Part shown: piece after piece, positions 1 through 12,012 of the stretch | Position numbering within the stretch: the first letter of the stretch is position 1 | Layout: each line of letters begins with the position of its first letter | Assembly: GCA_020859945.1 (NCBI GenBank) | Contig: JAJBVG010000083.1 | Span: 21,659-85,658 of the forward strand | DNA: 64,000 bases | Source of the DNA: Clostridiales bacterium | GTDB lineage: Bacteria > Bacillota > Clostridia > Oscillospirales > Oscillospiraceae | Direction: 5' to 3' | Notes under the pieces: model-generated | Database searches by the model: none | What the model saw: only the letters and a program-made list of their open reading frames with translations | What the model was told of the DNA's origin: nothing | Program-made: the position numbers and the translations under genes

Positions 1-1
1 C

Positions 2-2218
2 CTGTTCGTCAACAAAATGGACCTGGCGGGGACTGATCGGAAGGCGCTGACCGCCGACCTGAAACGCCGCCTGGATGAGAATTGCGTCCCCTTCGGCGGC
101 GGGGAGAGCGAAGCCCTTTGGGAGGAGCTGGCCCTCTGCGACGAGGCGCTGATGGAGCAGTATCTGGACACCGGCGCGATGGAGGACGAAGCGATAGCGG
201 GAGCCATCGCCCGCCGGCAGGTGTACCCCTGCTACTTTGGCGCGGCGCTGAAGCTGGAGGGGGTGGAGGCCCTGCTGGACGGGTTGGAGCGGTACACTGT
301 CTCTCCCACGTATCCGGCAGAATTTGGTGCGCAGGTCTATAAAATCGCCAGAGACAGTCAGGGGAACCGGCTGACCTACCTGAAAGTCACCGGCGGCAGT
401 CTGCCGGTGAAAACTGCCCTCTCCGGTGGGACGGAGGAAAACCAGTGGACGGAGAAGGTGGACCAGATCCGCATTTATTCCGGGGCCAAATACACCACCA
501 CCCCGCTGGCCCAGGCGGGGACGGTCTGCGCCGTCACCGGCCTGACCCATACCCGCCCCGGACAGGGCCTGGGCGGGGAAGAGGACGCCGCCCTGCCCCT
601 GCTGGAGCCGGTGCTGACGTATCAAATCCTTCTGCCCCCGGACTGCGACCCCAACGTCGCCTATTTGAAACTGAAAGAGCTGGAGGAGGAGGACCCCCAG
701 CTGCACATTCTCTGGGACGCCCGGCAGCGGAGCCTCCACATTCAGCTGATGGGACAGGTGCAGCTGGAGGTGCTGAAAAGCATGGTGGCCAGCCGCTTTG
801 GGCTGGGGGTGCGCTTCGGCCCCGGCGCCATCGTCTACAAGGAGACCATTCAGGCCCCGGTGGTAGGGGCGGGCCACTTCGAGCCGCTGCGCCACTATGC
901 GGAGGTTCACCTGCTGCTGGAGCCGGGGGAGCCGGGGTCCGGGCTGGTGTTCGACAGCCTTTGCAGCGAGGACGTGCTGGACCGGAACTGGCAGCGGCTG
1001 ATTTTGACCCATTTGGAGGAGAAAACCCACCTGGGGGTGCTGACTGGCTCCCCCATCACCGACATGAAAATCACCCTGCTCACCGGCAGGGCCCACGAGA
1101 AGCACACCGAGGGCGGCGACTTCCGTCAGGCTACCTACCGGGCGGTGCGGCAGGGGCTGATGCAGGCCCAGTCGGTGCTGCTGGAACCCTGGTACGCCTT
1201 CCGGCTGGAGCTGCCCCAGGAGAATCTGGGCCGGGCCATGGCGGACATCCAACTGATGGCAGGCAGCTTCGACCCGCCGGAGCTGGAGGGCGACCGGGCC
1301 ATTTTGACCGGCAGCGTGCCGGTGGCGACCATGGGGGACTACCAGACCCAGGTGGCCGCATACACCAGAGGCCGGGGTCGGCTCTCCTGTGCCCTCCAGG
1401 GCTACCGCCCCTGCCACAACCAGGACGAGGTGGTGGCCCAAATCGGCTACGACCCAGAGGCGGACGTGGAGAACACCCCCGACTCGGTATTCTGCTCCCA
1501 CGGGGTGGGAACCATCGTCAAATGGGACCAGGTGAAGGACCACCTGCACCTGGACAGCGGCGTTTCCTTTGAAACCGAAGCGGACGGAGAACCGGAACCG
1601 ACCCCGTCCGCGCCCCGGCAGAGCGGCGGCATCACTGCGGGGGACAAGGAATTACAGGCCATTTTTGAGAGGACCTACGGCCCGGTGAAGCGGCGGGACT
1701 TCCGTCCGCAGAAAGAGGTCAACGCGCCCACAGGCGGCGGAGAGAAAAAACGCGCTCCCCAATGGGATGGGGAACCTGTGAAAGAATTTCTGCTGGTGGA
1801 CGGCTACAATATCATCTTCGCCTGGGACGAGCTGAAAGTGCTGGCGAAGGAGGACCTGTCCGCCGCCCGGCAGTCCCTCATCGAGACGCTCCGCAACTAT
1901 CAGGGCTGCCGGGGCTGCGGCCTGATTCTGGTATTCGACGCCTACCGGGTGCCCCACAACCCCGGCTCAGTGGAGAAGCTGGATAATATTTATGTGGTCT
2001 ACACAAAACACGCTGAGACCGCCGACATGTACATCGAAAAGGTGACGTATGAAATTGGCCGGCGGTATCGGGTCCGGGTAGCCACCTCCGACGCGCTGGA
2101 GCAGGTCATCATTTTGGGCCACGGGGCCACGCGGGTCTCCGCCCGGATGTTCCGGGAGGAGGTGCGGCAGGCGGAGGCCGACCTGCGGCGGAGAATTGAA
2201 GAACACAACCAATCCTGA
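2..2218 (+). CDS. Translation-factor GTPase (TetM/TetO/EF-G-like), 5'-truncated by the window edge, fused to a C-terminal Rae1/YacP-type NYN ribonuclease domain
   Basis: The frame is open from the window edge. The first codons, LFVNKMD, contain the NKxD (G4) GTPase motif. The next ~500 aa are collinear with TetM/EF-G domains II-V. nt 1784-2215 encode LLVDGYN, LVFDA, ETAD and VATSD, the YacP/Rae1 NYN motifs. Stop codon at 2216-2218. Confidence 0.8.
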   Translation: MFVNKMDLAGTDRKALTADLKRRLDENCVPFGGGESEALWEELALCDEALMEQYLDTGAMEDEAIAGAIARRQVYPCYFGAALKLEGVEALLDGLERYTVSPTYPAEFGAQVYKIARDSQGNRLTYLKVTGGSLPVKTALSGGTEENQWTEKVDQIRIYSGAKYTTTPLAQAGTVCAVTGLTHTRPGQGLGGEEDAALPLLEPVLTYQILLPPDCDPNVAYLKLKELEEEDPQLHILWDARQRSLHIQLMGQVQLEVLKSMVASRFGLGVRFGPGAIVYKETIQAPVVGAGHFEPLRHYAEVHLLLEPGEPGSGLVFDSLCSEDVLDRNWQRLILTHLEEKTHLGVLTGSPITDMKITLLTGRAHEKHTEGGDFRQATYRAVRQGLMQAQSVLLEPWYAFRLELPQENLGRAMADIQLMAGSFDPPELEGDRAILTGSVPVATMGDYQTQVAAYTRGRGRLSCALQGYRPCHNQDEVVAQIGYDPEADVENTPDSVFCSHGVGTIVKWDQVKDHLHLDSGVSFETEADGEPEPTPSAPRQSGGITAGDKELQAIFERTYGPVKRRDFRPQKEVNAPTGGGEKKRAPQWDGEPVKEFLLVDGYNIIFAWDELKVLAKEDLSAARQSLIETLRNYQGCRGCGLILVFDAYRVPHNPGSVEKLDNIYVVYTKHAETADMYIEKVTYEIGRRYRVRVATSDALEQVIILGHGATRVSARMFREEVRQAEADLRRRIEEHNQS

Positions 2219-2235
2219 CATGGCGGAGGCGCTTT

Positions 2236-4422
2236 ATGAACCGAATTTCCATCTTCCACAACGGCATCCACTTGGAATTTTGCGTCACCCAGGCGGGGCA
2301 GTTGAAATTTCTCCACTTTTCCCCTAACCCGCTGGAGGAATCCAACCTCATCACCCAAAAGAAGCCGGACCCCTGGGGGCCGGACTACCTGACCCAGGGT
2401 TGGCCACTGGTGCAGGTGCAGGTCTCCGGCTACAACCGGCCCTATGAGCGGCAGGGCAACAAGCACCTTGTCACCGCCCCCGGCTACGCCCTGCGATACG
2501 TCTCCCACAGGGACGAGGAAAACGAGCGGGGCCGCTTGCTGACCTTCGTGCAGGAGGACGACGAGACCGGGCTGCGGGTGACTTCCTGGATGCAGTTTTA
2601 CGGCGACCTGCCGGTGGTGCGCTGTGCCAGCCGGGTGGAGAACAGGGGAGAGGAGGTGCAGACGCTGGAATATGTTTCCTCCTTTTTCTATCAGGGAGTG
2701 GAGAAGGAATCCGACATTTCAACCGATGAGAAGATGTCCCTCCTGATTCCCCACAACAGCTGGATGAAGGAGATGAACTGGAAACGGTACACCTTCCCCG
2801 ACCTGGGACTGCAATGCAGTCAGCCCACCATGCCCACCCCCCGCACCTCCAAGTCCTTCTGCGTCCAGAACACCGGCCACTGGTCCACCAAGGAGTTTCT
2901 GCCCATGGGTTATCTGGCCAACAGCGGGGCCAATTCCGCCCTGTTCTGGCAGATTGAGCACAACGGTTCCTGGTTGGCGGAGCTGAGCGACTACAACGGT
3001 CACTTTTGCCTGGGACTAAGCGGCCCCACGGAGCTGCAATCCCACTGGAGCAAAGATTTGCAGCCGGGGGAGAGCTTCACCACCGTCCCCGTGGCGGTGG
3101 GGACCACCGAGAACTCCTTCGACACGGCGATGGCCGCATTGACCCGCTACCGGCGGCTGATTCGCCGCCCCAACGCCGACGACGAGAACCTGCCCGTCAT
3201 CTTCAACGACTACATGAACTGCCTCTTTGGGGACCCCACCACCGAAAAGGAGCTGCCCCTCATCGACGCGGCGGCGGAGGCCGGGTGCGAATACTACGTC
3301 ATTGACGCGGGATGGTACTCCCCCGGCTTCTGGTGGGACAGCGTAGGGGAGTGGAAGGAGAGCCGGGAGCGCTTTCGCCGTCAAGCGGCACTTCCGGGGC
3401 TACGCCCCTCCCTGCCCGGCGGACTGCGCGCGCTGACCGATTACATCCGCAGCAAGGGGATGGTCCCCGGCGTGTGGCTGGAGTTGGAGAGCATGGGCAT
3501 CCACTGTCCACTGGCAGCCCAGGCGCCGGACGACTGGTTTTTCCTGCGCCACGGCAAAAAGGTCTATGACCGCAGCCGCTATCAGCTGGATTTCCGCAAT
3601 CCCCAGGTCATCGACCACGTCAACGAGGTGGTGCGCCGGGTGGTGGAGGACTACGGCGTGGGCTACATCAAAATGGACTATAACATCGAGCCGGGCATTG
3701 GCACCGAGGCCCACGCCGACAGCGTAGGGGATGGCCTGTTGCAGCACGAGCGGGCGTACCTCCGTTGGCTGGAAGGAGTGTTCGACCGTTACCCCGGCCT
3801 GGTCATTGAGAATTGCAGCTCCGGTGGTTTGCGCATGGACTACGCCATGCTCTCCCGGTACTCCATCCAGTCCACCAGCGACACCGAGGACTACCGGATG
3901 TACGCCACCATCGCCGCCAACGCCCCTGCCGCCGTCACGCCGGAACAGGCGGCGGTGTGGTCCTACCCCATGCGGGACGGGGACGTGGAGGAGACCGTTT
4001 TCAATATGGTGAACGCCCTGCTGCTGCGGGTCCACCAGAGCGGCCACCTGGCGGAGCTGTCCCCGGAGCGGCTGGCTTACGTCCACCAGGGTATCACCTG
4101 GTACAAGTCCATCCGCGCCCATTTGAAAAACGCCGTTCCCTTCTGGCCCCTGGGCCTGTCCGACTACCGGGACGTTTGGTCCGCCTTGGCCCTGGAGGAT
4201 GAAACTGTGGGCTATCTCGCCCTCTGGCGGCGGGGCGGAGATGAGAGCAGCCTGACCGTTCCCCTCCCACGCTGGGCGGGGAGAGGCGCGCAGGTCTCCT
4301 GCGCCTATCCTACCGGGGCCTGTGCCTTCCGGTGGGACGAGGTAGTGGGGACGCTGACGGTGGACTTCCCCGCTCCCGTGATGGCCCGCATCTTCGCCTT
4401 TGAGCTGAAACCACGGGTGTAA
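2236..4422 (+). CDS. Alpha-galactosidase, GH36 (melibiase) family
   Basis: 728 aa ORF with RBS-like GGCGGAGG upstream. Motifs YYVIDAGWY, YIKMDYN and ENCSSGGLRMDY are typical of GH36. Confidence 0.85.
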   Translation: MNRISIFHNGIHLEFCVTQAGQLKFLHFSPNPLEESNLITQKKPDPWGPDYLTQGWPLVQVQVSGYNRPYERQGNKHLVTAPGYALRYVSHRDEENERGRLLTFVQEDDETGLRVTSWMQFYGDLPVVRCASRVENRGEEVQTLEYVSSFFYQGVEKESDISTDEKMSLLIPHNSWMKEMNWKRYTFPDLGLQCSQPTMPTPRTSKSFCVQNTGHWSTKEFLPMGYLANSGANSALFWQIEHNGSWLAELSDYNGHFCLGLSGPTELQSHWSKDLQPGESFTTVPVAVGTTENSFDTAMAALTRYRRLIRRPNADDENLPVIFNDYMNCLFGDPTTEKELPLIDAAAEAGCEYYVIDAGWYSPGFWWDSVGEWKESRERFRRQAALPGLRPSLPGGLRALTDYIRSKGMVPGVWLELESMGIHCPLAAQAPDDWFFLRHGKKVYDRSRYQLDFRNPQVIDHVNEVVRRVVEDYGVGYIKMDYNIEPGIGTEAHADSVGDGLLQHERAYLRWLEGVFDRYPGLVIENCSSGGLRMDYAMLSRYSIQSTSDTEDYRMYATIAANAPAAVTPEQAAVWSYPMRDGDVEETVFNMVNALLLRVHQSGHLAELSPERLAYVHQGITWYKSIRAHLKNAVPFWPLGLSDYRDVWSALALEDETVGYLALWRRGGDESSLTVPLPRWAGRGAQVSCAYPTGACAFRWDEVVGTLTVDFPAPVMARIFAFELKPRV

Positions 4423-4480
4423 ATCATTGGTTTTTTCTGGCGACTGCTAAAAAAACTTTGCGACGGGCGAAAAAAAGTGC

Positions 4481-4508
4481 TTGACTTTTTCCGCTTGGCT
4501 GGTATAAT
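4481..4508 (+). promoter_or_regulatory. SigA-type promoter for tRNA-Ser
   Basis: TTGACT (4481-4486), a 16 nt spacer, then an extended -10 TGgTATAAT (TATAAT at 4503-4508), about 44 nt upstream of the tRNA. Confidence 0.7.
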
Positions 4509-4551
4509 AATTCTTGCCGTTGGGAAAGCGGCAATCGAGCAATCGCCAGGT

Positions 4552-4642
4552 GCAGAAGTGGCTGAGTGGTCGAAGGCGCACGATTGGAAATCGTGTAGGC
4601 GTTGATAGCGTCTCAAGGGTTCAAATCCCTTCTTCTGCGCCA
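4552..4642 (+). tRNA. tRNA-Ser, anticodon GGA, with encoded CCA
   Basis: Acceptor stem GCAGAAG/CTTCTGC. Anticodon stem CACGA/TCGTG with loop TTGGAAA. Long variable arm (class II). T-arm AAGGG-TTCAAAT-CCCTT. Discriminator G followed by CCA. Confidence 0.9.
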
Positions 4643-4647
4643 AGAAA

Positions 4648-4682
4648 AGGACTGAAACTGTAACAGGTTTCAGTCCTTTTTC
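4648..4682 (+). terminator. Intrinsic terminator after tRNA-Ser
   Basis: 11 bp stem AGGACTGAAAC/GTTTCAGTCCT followed by a T-run. Confidence 0.8.
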
Positions 4683-4880
4683 GCGTTTCCTGCCGGTTTT
4701 TCTGCAAAACCGTGCGAGGCGGTGGAACGGCAAAAGCACATGACCCCTATTTTTACCCCCAAGAGCGTATAAAGTGATACAACAGAGCCAGCGCCGGAAG
4801 GAAAAGACAGCTTCTCCGGGGCCTTCCCCATTTATTTCTGCTTATTTCTGATTTTTCACAAATTTTCTCCTACTTTCCCA

Positions 4881-4909
4881 TTGCAGTCTGCCGTTTCACC
4901 TGTTATAAT
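4881..4909 (+). promoter_or_regulatory. Strong SigA-type promoter upstream of the tandem dac genes
   Basis: TTGCAG, a 17 nt spacer, then an extended -10 TGtTATAAT (4901-4909). This leaves a leader of about 165 nt before the ATG at 5076. Confidence 0.65.
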
Positions 4910-5075
4910 GTTTTTTGGTTGTCCCTTGAAAAGTAGTATACACACAAATCTTCCCCTGTGCAGGAGATGCTTTGGGTTCGCAACGTTTTCACCGAAAAAC
5001 GCGGCGGATCACCAGCTTACCGCAAAGAAGCGGCGGCCTTCTTGCTGCACAGTCAACACAGTTTGACGTGAGTTT

Positions 5076-6449
5076 ATGAGAAAAATACGTTTTAGCGTTC
5101 TGTTTGTCCTGACTCTTTTCTGCTGCGGTCTGCTGGCGGTTCCCGCCCAGGCAGCGGAATATACCCCCGTCACCTCATCTGAGCTGGTCAGTGATATGGA
5201 GGTCAACTGCGGCTCCTGCCTGCTGGTGGAGATGAACACCGACGCCGTCCTCTACGGCCAGGACAACAGCGAACAGATCTACCCGGCCAGCGTCACCAAG
5301 ATCCTCACCGCGCTGGTGGTGCTCCAGCACGTCAAGGCGGGGGACCTGGAAATGGACACCGTTGTCACCGCCAGCGACACCTTCAAACAGGGGCTGACCT
5401 CTCAGGCGGCGCTGGGCAACATCGCCACCGGGGAGCAGCTGACGGTGCGGAGCCTACTGTATATGCTCCTGCTGTCATCCCACTGCGACGCAGCCAACGT
5501 GCTGGCCGAGGCGGTCAGCGGGTCCATTGAGGACTTCGCGGAGGAGATGAACGAGACCGCCGCCGACTTGGGCTGCACTGGTTCCAACTTCGTCAACCCC
5601 AGCGGCCTGCACAACAAAAACCACTACACCACCTGCGACGACCTGTACCGCATCGCCAAGGCCGCCTACCAGTTCAAAACCTTCCGAAAGATCATCGGCA
5701 CCACGTCCTACACCGTCCCCGCAACCAACGTCTCCGCTGCGCGGAAGCTGTACAACACCAACGCACTGATCAGCGACCACTCCTATTCCAACTACCTCTA
5801 TGACTACTGCGTGGGCGGCAAGACCGGCTCCACCTATCTGGCGGGGTACTGTCTGCTTTCCTTCGCGGAGAAGGACGGCGAGACCCTGTGCTGCGTGATG
5901 ATGGGCTGCAACTGGCTCATCAACCTGGACGGCAGCCGGGACCGGCTGCAATTCTCCGAGAGCGTCCGGCTCTACGAGTGGGGGTTTGAGAATTTCAGCC
6001 CTGTGACGCTGGTGGAGGAAGGCTCCGCCCAGGCCACGGTCCAGGTAGAGGACGGCAAGGACGCGGACTCCGTGGAGCTGCTGGCCTCCGGCAGCCTGAC
6101 CACCTACCTGCCCAACGACGTGGACGCTGCCGACCTGACCTATGAGACCGAGCTGCCCGACTCCATCCAGGCCCCCGTCACCGCCGGGGAGACGGTGGGG
6201 ACGCTGACCATCTCGCTGGACGGCGTCACCTACGGCACAGTGGAGCTGCTGGCTGCCGAGGAGGTGGAGCGGCTGCCCCCCATTTTGACCCACCTCCGGT
6301 CCCTCAGCGAGACCGCCGAGCCGTTCCCCACAGCCGCCGTGGTCGCGGGGAGCCTTGTGGGGCTGGTGCTGCTGTTCTTCCTGGTGCAGGCCCTCCGGCG
6401 ACGGTATCACCGCCGACAGAAGCGGCGGCGCTCCCCGAATAACAAATGA
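5076..6449 (+). CDS. D-alanyl-D-alanine carboxypeptidase (S11, PBP5/DacB-like), membrane anchored
   Basis: N-terminal signal/TM segment, SxxK motif (ASVTK), KTG motif (GGKTGST), C-terminal TM helix and a basic tail. Confidence 0.85.
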   Translation: MRKIRFSVLFVLTLFCCGLLAVPAQAAEYTPVTSSELVSDMEVNCGSCLLVEMNTDAVLYGQDNSEQIYPASVTKILTALVVLQHVKAGDLEMDTVVTASDTFKQGLTSQAALGNIATGEQLTVRSLLYMLLLSSHCDAANVLAEAVSGSIEDFAEEMNETAADLGCTGSNFVNPSGLHNKNHYTTCDDLYRIAKAAYQFKTFRKIIGTTSYTVPATNVSAARKLYNTNALISDHSYSNYLYDYCVGGKTGSTYLAGYCLLSFAEKDGETLCCVMMGCNWLINLDGSRDRLQFSESVRLYEWGFENFSPVTLVEEGSAQATVQVEDGKDADSVELLASGSLTTYLPNDVDAADLTYETELPDSIQAPVTAGETVGTLTISLDGVTYGTVELLAAEEVERLPPILTHLRSLSETAEPFPTAAVVAGSLVGLVLLFFLVQALRRRYHRRQKRRRSPNNK

Positions 6450-6479
6450 AATCCATTGCTCCGTGAGAGGATTTTTCCA

Positions 6480-7868
6480 ATGAAAAAACGTTCCTTTTTT
6501 TCCCTGTTTCTGATGTTGGCCCTGGTGGTCTCCATGCTGACCCCCACCGCAGCCGCCTCTTCCTCTGCGATACTGGACGATATGGAGATCGATGCCCAGG
6601 CCGCCCTGCTGGTGGACATGGACACCGACGTGGTGCTCTACTCCAACAATGCGGACGAGGCCATCTGCCCCGCCAGCCTGACCAAGGTGATGACCGCCCT
6701 GCTGGTCTTTGAACACATCGAGGCGGGGGATCTGTCCCTGGACGACAAAATCACCGCCTACGACGACTGCTGGTTTGACCTGGACTCCACCTCCAGCAAC
6801 CAGAACATCCAGCCCGGCGAGGTCATGACGGTGGAGGACCTGCTCTACTGTATGCTGGTGGCCTCCGCGAACGAGGCGGCCAATATCCTGGCCGAGACGG
6901 TCAGCGGCTCCACCGACAGCTTTGTGGAGGAGATGAACACCCGCGCCAAAGCGCTGGGCTGCACCAACACCAACTTTGTCAACACCCACGGGATGCCCGA
7001 CGACGACCACTACAGCTCTTGCAGCGACCTCTACCTGATTGCCAAGGCCGCCATGGGCTACAGCACGTTCCGGGAGATCGTCTCCACCACGGAGTATTAC
7101 GTGGATGCCACTAACCTCTCGGAGAAGCGGCACTTTTTCAACACCAACGGTCTGCTCTCCAACCTGCGTTACAGCGGTTACGTGTACAGCTCCTGCATCG
7201 GCATCAAGACCGGCACCACCGACGAGGGGGGCTACAACCTGCTGGCTGCGGCGGAGCAGAGCGACAAGACGCTGATTTCTGTAGTCATCGGCTGCGAGCC
7301 CACCACCGCGTCGGACGGCACGGTCAACTACACCCACTTCTCTGAAAGCTCCCGGCTGCTCCAGTGGGGTTTTGACAACTTCTCCACCATCACCATCGTG
7401 GACAAGAAGGACACCTACGGCTCGGTCCCCGTCACCCTGTCCACCGACGCGGACTCGGTCAGCGTGGCCCCGGAGGAGAGCATCGAGGCAGAGCTGCCCA
7501 ACGACATCACCGCTGACAGCTTCACCGTCGTCCCCACCCTGCGCAGCTCGGTAGAGGCCCCCGTGGAGGCGGGCGACGTGCTGGGGACCCTGGTGCTGTA
7601 CCTGGACGGCGAGGAGTACGCGGCGGTGAACCTGATTGCCGTCAACGACGTGGAAGCCTCCGTGTTCCTCAAGCGCAGGGCTATGGTGTTGGACCTGCTC
7701 TCCCGCTGGTATATCAAGGCGCTGCTGGTCCTTGTGGCGGTGGCGATCCTGGCGCTGATTTTGCGGCTGACCCTGTTCCGCAAGGTCCGGCGCAACCGCT
7801 ATGGCAGTTACTCCGGCGGACGGCGCAGCGGCGGCGGCTACCGGGGCAGTCGGCGGCGGAGACGGTGA
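6480..7868 (+). CDS. D-alanyl-D-alanine carboxypeptidase (S11), paralogue of the upstream gene
   Basis: I chose the ATG at 6480 (MKKRSFFSLF...), preceded by GAGAGGA, over the TTG at 6456. Motifs: SxxK (ASLTK) and KTG (IKTGTT). There is a C-terminal TM helix and an Arg/Gly-rich tail. Confidence 0.85.
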   Translation: MKKRSFFSLFLMLALVVSMLTPTAAASSSAILDDMEIDAQAALLVDMDTDVVLYSNNADEAICPASLTKVMTALLVFEHIEAGDLSLDDKITAYDDCWFDLDSTSSNQNIQPGEVMTVEDLLYCMLVASANEAANILAETVSGSTDSFVEEMNTRAKALGCTNTNFVNTHGMPDDDHYSSCSDLYLIAKAAMGYSTFREIVSTTEYYVDATNLSEKRHFFNTNGLLSNLRYSGYVYSSCIGIKTGTTDEGGYNLLAAAEQSDKTLISVVIGCEPTTASDGTVNYTHFSESSRLLQWGFDNFSTITIVDKKDTYGSVPVTLSTDADSVSVAPEESIEAELPNDITADSFTVVPTLRSSVEAPVEAGDVLGTLVLYLDGEEYAAVNLIAVNDVEASVFLKRRAMVLDLLSRWYIKALLVLVAVAILALILRLTLFRKVRRNRYGSYSGGRRSGGGYRGSRRRRR

Positions 7869-7869
7869 A

Positions 7870-7897
7870 TGAGCTGTTGGCTATTAGCCAAGTGCTG
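7870..7897 (+). repeat. Possible truncated solo arm of the TTAGC-heptad palindromic element (see 54524 and 55834)
   Basis: GAGCTGTTGGCTATTAGCCAAGTGCTGC resembles the reverse complement of the 3' arms (AGCTGTTAGCT..TTGGCTGTTAGCT..CAGTGCT) with about two heptads missing. It starts 2 nt after the dac stop codon. Confidence 0.3.
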
Positions 7898-7979
7898 CAA
7901 ACGGTAAGGCTGCTGCCTCATAAGATGCTCGCGGAGCAAAGGAAAAGAATCATCAATTTACGTTATAAACCCATGATAA

Positions 7980-8012
7980 AGCGCTCGCAGGTTTCCTGCG
8001 GGCGCTTTTTTG
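7980..8012 (+). terminator. Intrinsic terminator of the dac operon
   Basis: 12 bp stem AGCGCTCGCAGG/CCTGCGGGCGCT (one G-T pair) followed by TTTTTT. Confidence 0.75.
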
Positions 8013-8025
8013 AAGCATTTTGTAG

Positions 8026-8055
8026 CAAAAACCCCGTCCGCCGAAGCGGACGGGG
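8026..8055 (-). terminator. Intrinsic terminator of rpoC
   Basis: Stem CCCCGTCCGC/GCGGACGGGG with loop CGAA. On the minus strand it is followed by a T-run (plus-strand AAAAA at 8027-8031). Confidence 0.75.
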
Positions 8056-8087
8056 CCGTTATTGCAGTTATTGCGCTTGACTGAGAC

Positions 8088-11990
<3,903 letters not shown>

Positions 11991-12012
11991 ATCTCAATTT
12001 ACCTCCTCGCCT

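Noticed and set aside
4643-5075. The tRNA-Ser 3' flank as an integration site for a mobile element.
   Set aside because: There is no integrase gene, no direct repeat of the tRNA 3' end downstream and no compositional shift. The flanking genes are ordinary cell-wall genes.
5475-7337. 620 aa minus-strand ORF overlapping both dac genes.
   Set aside because: It is antisense to two genes with clear S11 motifs, and its Gly/Val/His/Gln-rich sequence has no recognisable domain or RBS context.
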